Part shown: one piece after another, positions 41,714-44,492 of the stretch
Layout: each line of letters starts with the position of its first letter
Position numbering within the stretch: the stretch's first letter is position 1
Virus record (IMG/VR): IMGVR_UViG_3300045996_001114
Location: 1-44,492 of that record
DNA: 44,492 nt
DNA from: a virus
Direction: 5' to 3' (one strand)
Notes under the pieces: model-generated
Database searches by the model: none
Seen by the model: only the letters and a program-made list of their open reading frames with translations
What the model was told of the DNA's origin: nothing
Made by a program: the position numbers and the translations under genes

Positions 41714-43272
41714 TAGCGCCTCCGCATCCGTAGCGGCGGAGCAATCACGCCATCCTCGAGCACCTGCGGCACGCGGGCTGCGCGGGTCGTCTCAGCCGGC
41801 TTCTCCCGACCCATGCCGATGCGATCCATGAGCTGCCCCACGAGCCCGAGCGCATCGACCTGGTCGTCATGCACGCCGACAGGGAAGCTCATCAGCTCGG
41901 AGATGAAATCGCTGAGCCACGGCGCGCCAGACGGCACATGCAAGCCCTGCATCGCCATGCGCCCACGGATCGACTGCGCCCGCACCGCCTTGTCGCCGCG
42001 CGTCGGGAACTGCTCGCGGTAGACGAAACTCTCGCTCTCGATCATGCGCTTGACGAGGAACGGGCCGACGCCGGACTTGATCTGCCCGTGCTCCTCGGCC
42101 CACCCGACAGGCTTCCACTTGCGGACCAGTGCGCACAGGGCATCGACCCACACGTCCGAGCTCGCTTGCTGGCGCCACAGGTCGAGCAGGTACATGCGCC
42201 CGATGCTGTCGACGCCGACAACGGCATGAACGGTGTAGTCGCCGCCGTCTGCCGTCACGGCGTAGTCAGACCCGCCGTAGATCATCATCGATTCCTTGGG
42301 CGGAACGTGATCGACGGGGATGATCCACTCGCGCTTGAAGTAGTCGCCAGTGTCGGGCGCGGGGCGCTGCTGGTAGAGCGCTGACCATGTGCGCGGCAGG
42401 CGCTCGAACGTGGCCCAGTGATCGCGCCCGAACCACTCAGGCCAGATGTATTCGCCCGGCAGGCGCCCAAGGGGATCATCCGTCCGCTCGGCCTTGGCCG
42501 GGATGCAGATGACCTCCCACGTCTCGCCGTCGCGGCATTCGATCATGCCGGACTCGCCGGACCAACCCTCGGGCAGAATAGCTCCGGCCAGGTCCGCTTC
42601 GTGCCAGCGGGTCTGCGTAATCATCAGCGACCCGCCGGGCTTCAAGCGGGTCAGCACGTCGTCCTGGTAGGCCTCGAGCGTGCTTTTGCGGGTGAGTTCG
42701 GAATCCGCCTCCTGCCGCCCCTTGATCGGGTCGTCGATCGGGATGAAGTCGGCACGGTTGCCGGTCAGGCCGGACAGGATGCCGCCGCCCATGTATTCGC
42801 TGCCGTTTTCAAGCGCCCACTCCTGCGCAGCGCTGCTCTCTGGGCTTAGCGCGGTGCTGAACAGCAGGCTGAACTTCGGCTGCTTGGCGATGGCGCGCAT
42901 ACGACGACCGAACTTGCGTGCCAGGTCCGACCCGTAACTTACGCCAAGCACCTTGAAGCCGGGCCAGCGGCCCATTGCCCACGTCGGGCTGACAACGGTG
43001 GCGTAGGTCGACTTTGCCGATCCCGGGGGCAGGAACAGCATGGTCCGCCCGCGATGCCGCTCGATGCAGCGCTGCGTGGCGTTGAGGATGATCTCGTGAT
43101 GCTCGGCGAGCACCGTCTCGACCGGGGCGAAGTCCTCGGTGTCTTCCTCATCGGCCAGAGGTGCGCCCGGCACGTCGATGAAGCGGGCGTAGTCCACGAG
43201 GTTGGAGCGTGCACGACGACGGCGCAGCAGCTCACCGGCAGCCACAGCCGGGCTGATGTTTTCCATCAGCAT
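41713..43272 (-). CDS. terL: terminase large subunit
   Basis: Walker A-like LFLPPGSAKST, ADFIPIDDP, and the C-terminal nuclease motif VHDDQVDAL. Confidence 0.9.
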   Translation of the reverse strand: MLMENISPAVAAGELLRRRRARSNLVDYARFIDVPGAPLADEEDTEDFAPVETVLAEHHEIILNATQRCIERHRGRTMLFLPPGSAKSTYATVVSPTWAMGRWPGFKVLGVSYGSDLARKFGRRMRAIAKQPKFSLLFSTALSPESSAAQEWALENGSEYMGGGILSGLTGNRADFIPIDDPIKGRQEADSELTRKSTLEAYQDDVLTRLKPGGSLMITQTRWHEADLAGAILPEGWSGESGMIECRDGETWEVICIPAKAERTDDPLGRLPGEYIWPEWFGRDHWATFERLPRTWSALYQQRPAPDTGDYFKREWIIPVDHVPPKESMMIYGGSDYAVTADGGDYTVHAVVGVDSIGRMYLLDLWRQQASSDVWVDALCALVRKWKPVGWAEEHGQIKSGVGPFLVKRMIESESFVYREQFPTRGDKAVRAQSIRGRMAMQGLHVPSGAPWLSDFISELMSFPVGVHDDQVDALGLVGQLMDRIGMGREKPAETTRAARVPQVLEDGVIAPPLRMRRR

Positions 43273-43610
43273 CAGCGGCGGCCCAAGGCGATTGCTGCGA
43301 GGGCTTCGTCGCTCAGTTCGTGAACATGGCGGATCGGTGCGGTGTCATCGTCGCCGCCAATTGGCTGTGTCGGCTTGCCGTAGGCTCTGTCGAGCAAGGT
43401 GTTCGCAGCGGACACGCGGGCGGCGGCGGGCTGCTCAGCATCCCCCATGATGGCCGCTAGGGTGGAGAGCGCGTTGCCGGTGTACTGGCGGGCAAGTTCC
43501 TTGACTTCGGCGGTCGCTTTGTTAGGCACGCCGGGCTTGCGGCCCGCACCTGGGCGAGCGCCGCCTTTCCTTGAAACAGGCTGATTGTTTTTCGGAGCCA
43601 CCGTTGCCAT
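43272..43610 (-). CDS. terS: terminase small subunit
   Basis: 112 aa. GGARPGAGRKPGVPNK DNA-binding N-terminus. The stop overlaps the TerL start. Confidence 0.6.
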   Translation of the reverse strand: MATVAPKNNQPVSRKGGARPGAGRKPGVPNKATAEVKELARQYTGNALSTLAAIMGDAEQPAAARVSAANTLLDRAYGKPTQPIGGDDDTAPIRHVHELSDEALAAIALGRR

Positions 43611-43654
43611 AGCGCCGAAGCGCTACCACGCGCGCGGCGCCGCAATGGTTGTTG

Positions 43655-43891
43655 TTAAGCGGTCAGCCTGATCCTGCGCACCCGCCCGGCTCCGACCCTA
43701 CGCACGAGGCCGCGGCTCTCGAGGCGCCCCACGACCCGGCAGACCTCTGCGCGATCATTGAACCCGAGCGTCTTGCGAATCTCGGTGTAGCTCGGTGCTT
43801 GGCCGTGGTCTGCGATGGCGAGGCGGATGAACGCGAGCACCTGGGCGCCGCGGTATCCTAGCTCGCGTGGACAGCGACGCTCTGTGCTCAT
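43655..43891 (-). CDS. LexA-N-terminal-like winged-helix DNA-binding protein
   Basis: GAQVLAFIRLAIADHGQAPSYTEIRKTLGFNDRAEVCRVVGRLESRGLVRR resembles the LexA/MarR-type wHTH. Confidence 0.6.
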   Translation of the reverse strand: MSTERRCPRELGYRGAQVLAFIRLAIADHGQAPSYTEIRKTLGFNDRAEVCRVVGRLESRGLVRRVGAGRVRRIRLTA

Positions 43892-44001
43892 TGCGTGTCT
43901 CCGAGAGTGCCGGCGCCCTTAAGCGATCGGACAAGGCGAAGGGTGTCTCCGCTGGACATGCGGAGGATGCACCAGCTACCAAGGTCGAGGGTCTGGTTCA
44001 T
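43888..44001 (-). CDS. 37-aa ORF resembling a truncated NusG-NGN N-terminus
   Basis: MNQTLDLGSWCILRMSSGDTLRLVRSLKGAG. ATGA overlaps at both ends. Confidence 0.35.
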   Translation of the reverse strand: MNQTLDLGSWCILRMSSGDTLRLVRSLKGAGTLGDTQ

Positions 44002-44492
44002 GCTGCCCGCCCGTGATTGGGGTGAAAGCCGAAACGAACCTCGGCTGCCTTGCGCGCCGCAATCGCGTCGTCCTTCTCCAAAAAATTGCCCAAGTAGCGG
44101 CGTCGACCTCCAACCTTGATGTAGGCTGTCCACCGCTTGTCAGACTTGCTCCACGCGACCCCAATATGTCCGCTCGTGTTATTCGCCGGCAGGGGCATGT
44201 TCCGGCTGTTCTCGACTTTGGTCACCTCTCTCAGGTTTGCGATGCGATTGTCAGCCTTGTCGCCATTGATGTGGTCGATCTCGCCCTTGGGCCATGCTCC
44301 AGTGTGTAAAGCCCAAGCGACCCGGTGCGCGTAGTACTCGCGCCCTTGGAAACAGCCCCTGCGATAACCGATCTTACAGCGGGTGCCGAAGGCTCGGCTT
44401 CCCAACCGATCCCGCTGGAATGCCCGCTGCTGGTCCTCAGCAGAGATCATATGGGGTGTGAAGTATTCGAGCGGAGGCACAGCAGCCCAAGT
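43998..44492 (-). CDS. HNH-AP2 endonuclease (C-terminal 164 codons; N-terminus continues at 238..128 on the circle)
   Basis: HRVAWALHTGAWPKGEIDHINGDKADNRIANLREVT is the HNH_3 motif. GVAWSKSDKRWTAYIKVGGRRRYLGNFLEKDDAIAARKAAE is the AP2 domain. The frame is open to the window end. Confidence 0.85.
   Translation of the reverse strand, partial: TWAAVPPLEYFTPHMISAEDQQRAFQRDRLGSRAFGTRCKIGYRRGCFQGREYYAHRVAWALHTGAWPKGEIDHINGDKADNRIANLREVTKVENSRNMPLPANNTSGHIGVAWSKSDKRWTAYIKVGGRRRYLGNFLEKDDAIAARKAAEVRFGFHPNHGRAA
44366..44492 (+). repeat. Terminal overlap copy 2 (identical to 1..127)
   Basis: Same comparison as copy 1. 127 nt is a common assembler k-mer length. Confidence 0.95.

Larger units (their letters stand above)
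1..44492. mobile_element. Complete temperate phage genome (circularly closed assembly)
   Basis: Integrase, excisionase and attP, a CI/Cro switch, replication, terminase-portal-scaffold-capsid, tail/ejection, fibre and lysis modules are all present. The two window ends are identical over 127 nt. Confidence 0.85.

Overview
The window is a complete, circularly closed assembly of a high-GC temperate phage with podovirus-like structural genes. The first 127 nt are identical to the last 127 nt, so the unique length is 44,365 bp. I judged GC content by eye only.

Layout:
- Minus strand: one long, tightly coupled gene train. It runs Cro-like regulator, DNA methyltransferase, replication/RusA genes, an HNH-AP2 endonuclease that spans the circular junction, TerS/TerL, portal, scaffold, capsid, tail and ejection proteins, fibres, then the lysis cassette.
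- Plus strand: an SOS-type CI repressor (HTH + S24 peptidase). It is followed by an early operon of small genes (Gp157-like, DUF669-type SSB, YbcO-like nuclease), then excisionase and a tyrosine integrase. The integrase sits next to an attP that carries the 3' 45 nt of a tRNA-Val(UAC)-like gene.

Main finding: a 5,556-bp insertion at 15364..20919.
- Its 20-nt terminal inverted repeats match at 18 of 20 positions and begin GGTAGTG.
- It is flanked by a perfect 8-bp target-site duplication, GCCCCAGA.
- It contains an internal single-ORF IS1-family-like DDE transposase, so it looks like a cargo-carrying IS.
- It landed in the last codon of the o-spanin gene, and the stop codon is now supplied by the element's right repeat.
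- Its passengers are four candidate defence, addiction or regulatory modules:
  - an unknown 224-aa gene coupled to an XRE-HTH/ImmA-IrrE metallopeptidase fusion;
  - a Panacea (DUF4065) antitoxin-like gene plus a two-TM protein;
  - a head-to-head 81-aa/248-aa pair whose start codons overlap;
  - a coupled 93-aa/75-aa pair.

Other signals: a palindromic operator family at both early promoters, ori-like iterons inside the replication gene, integrase arm-type repeats, a degenerate tRNA-like element, and a nested hairpin over the fibre-gene ribosome-binding site.

All functional calls rest on motifs I recognise in the translations and on gene order. No database search was possible. Start codons are best guesses. 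Many long ORFs in the track are GC-rich shadow frames and were discarded.
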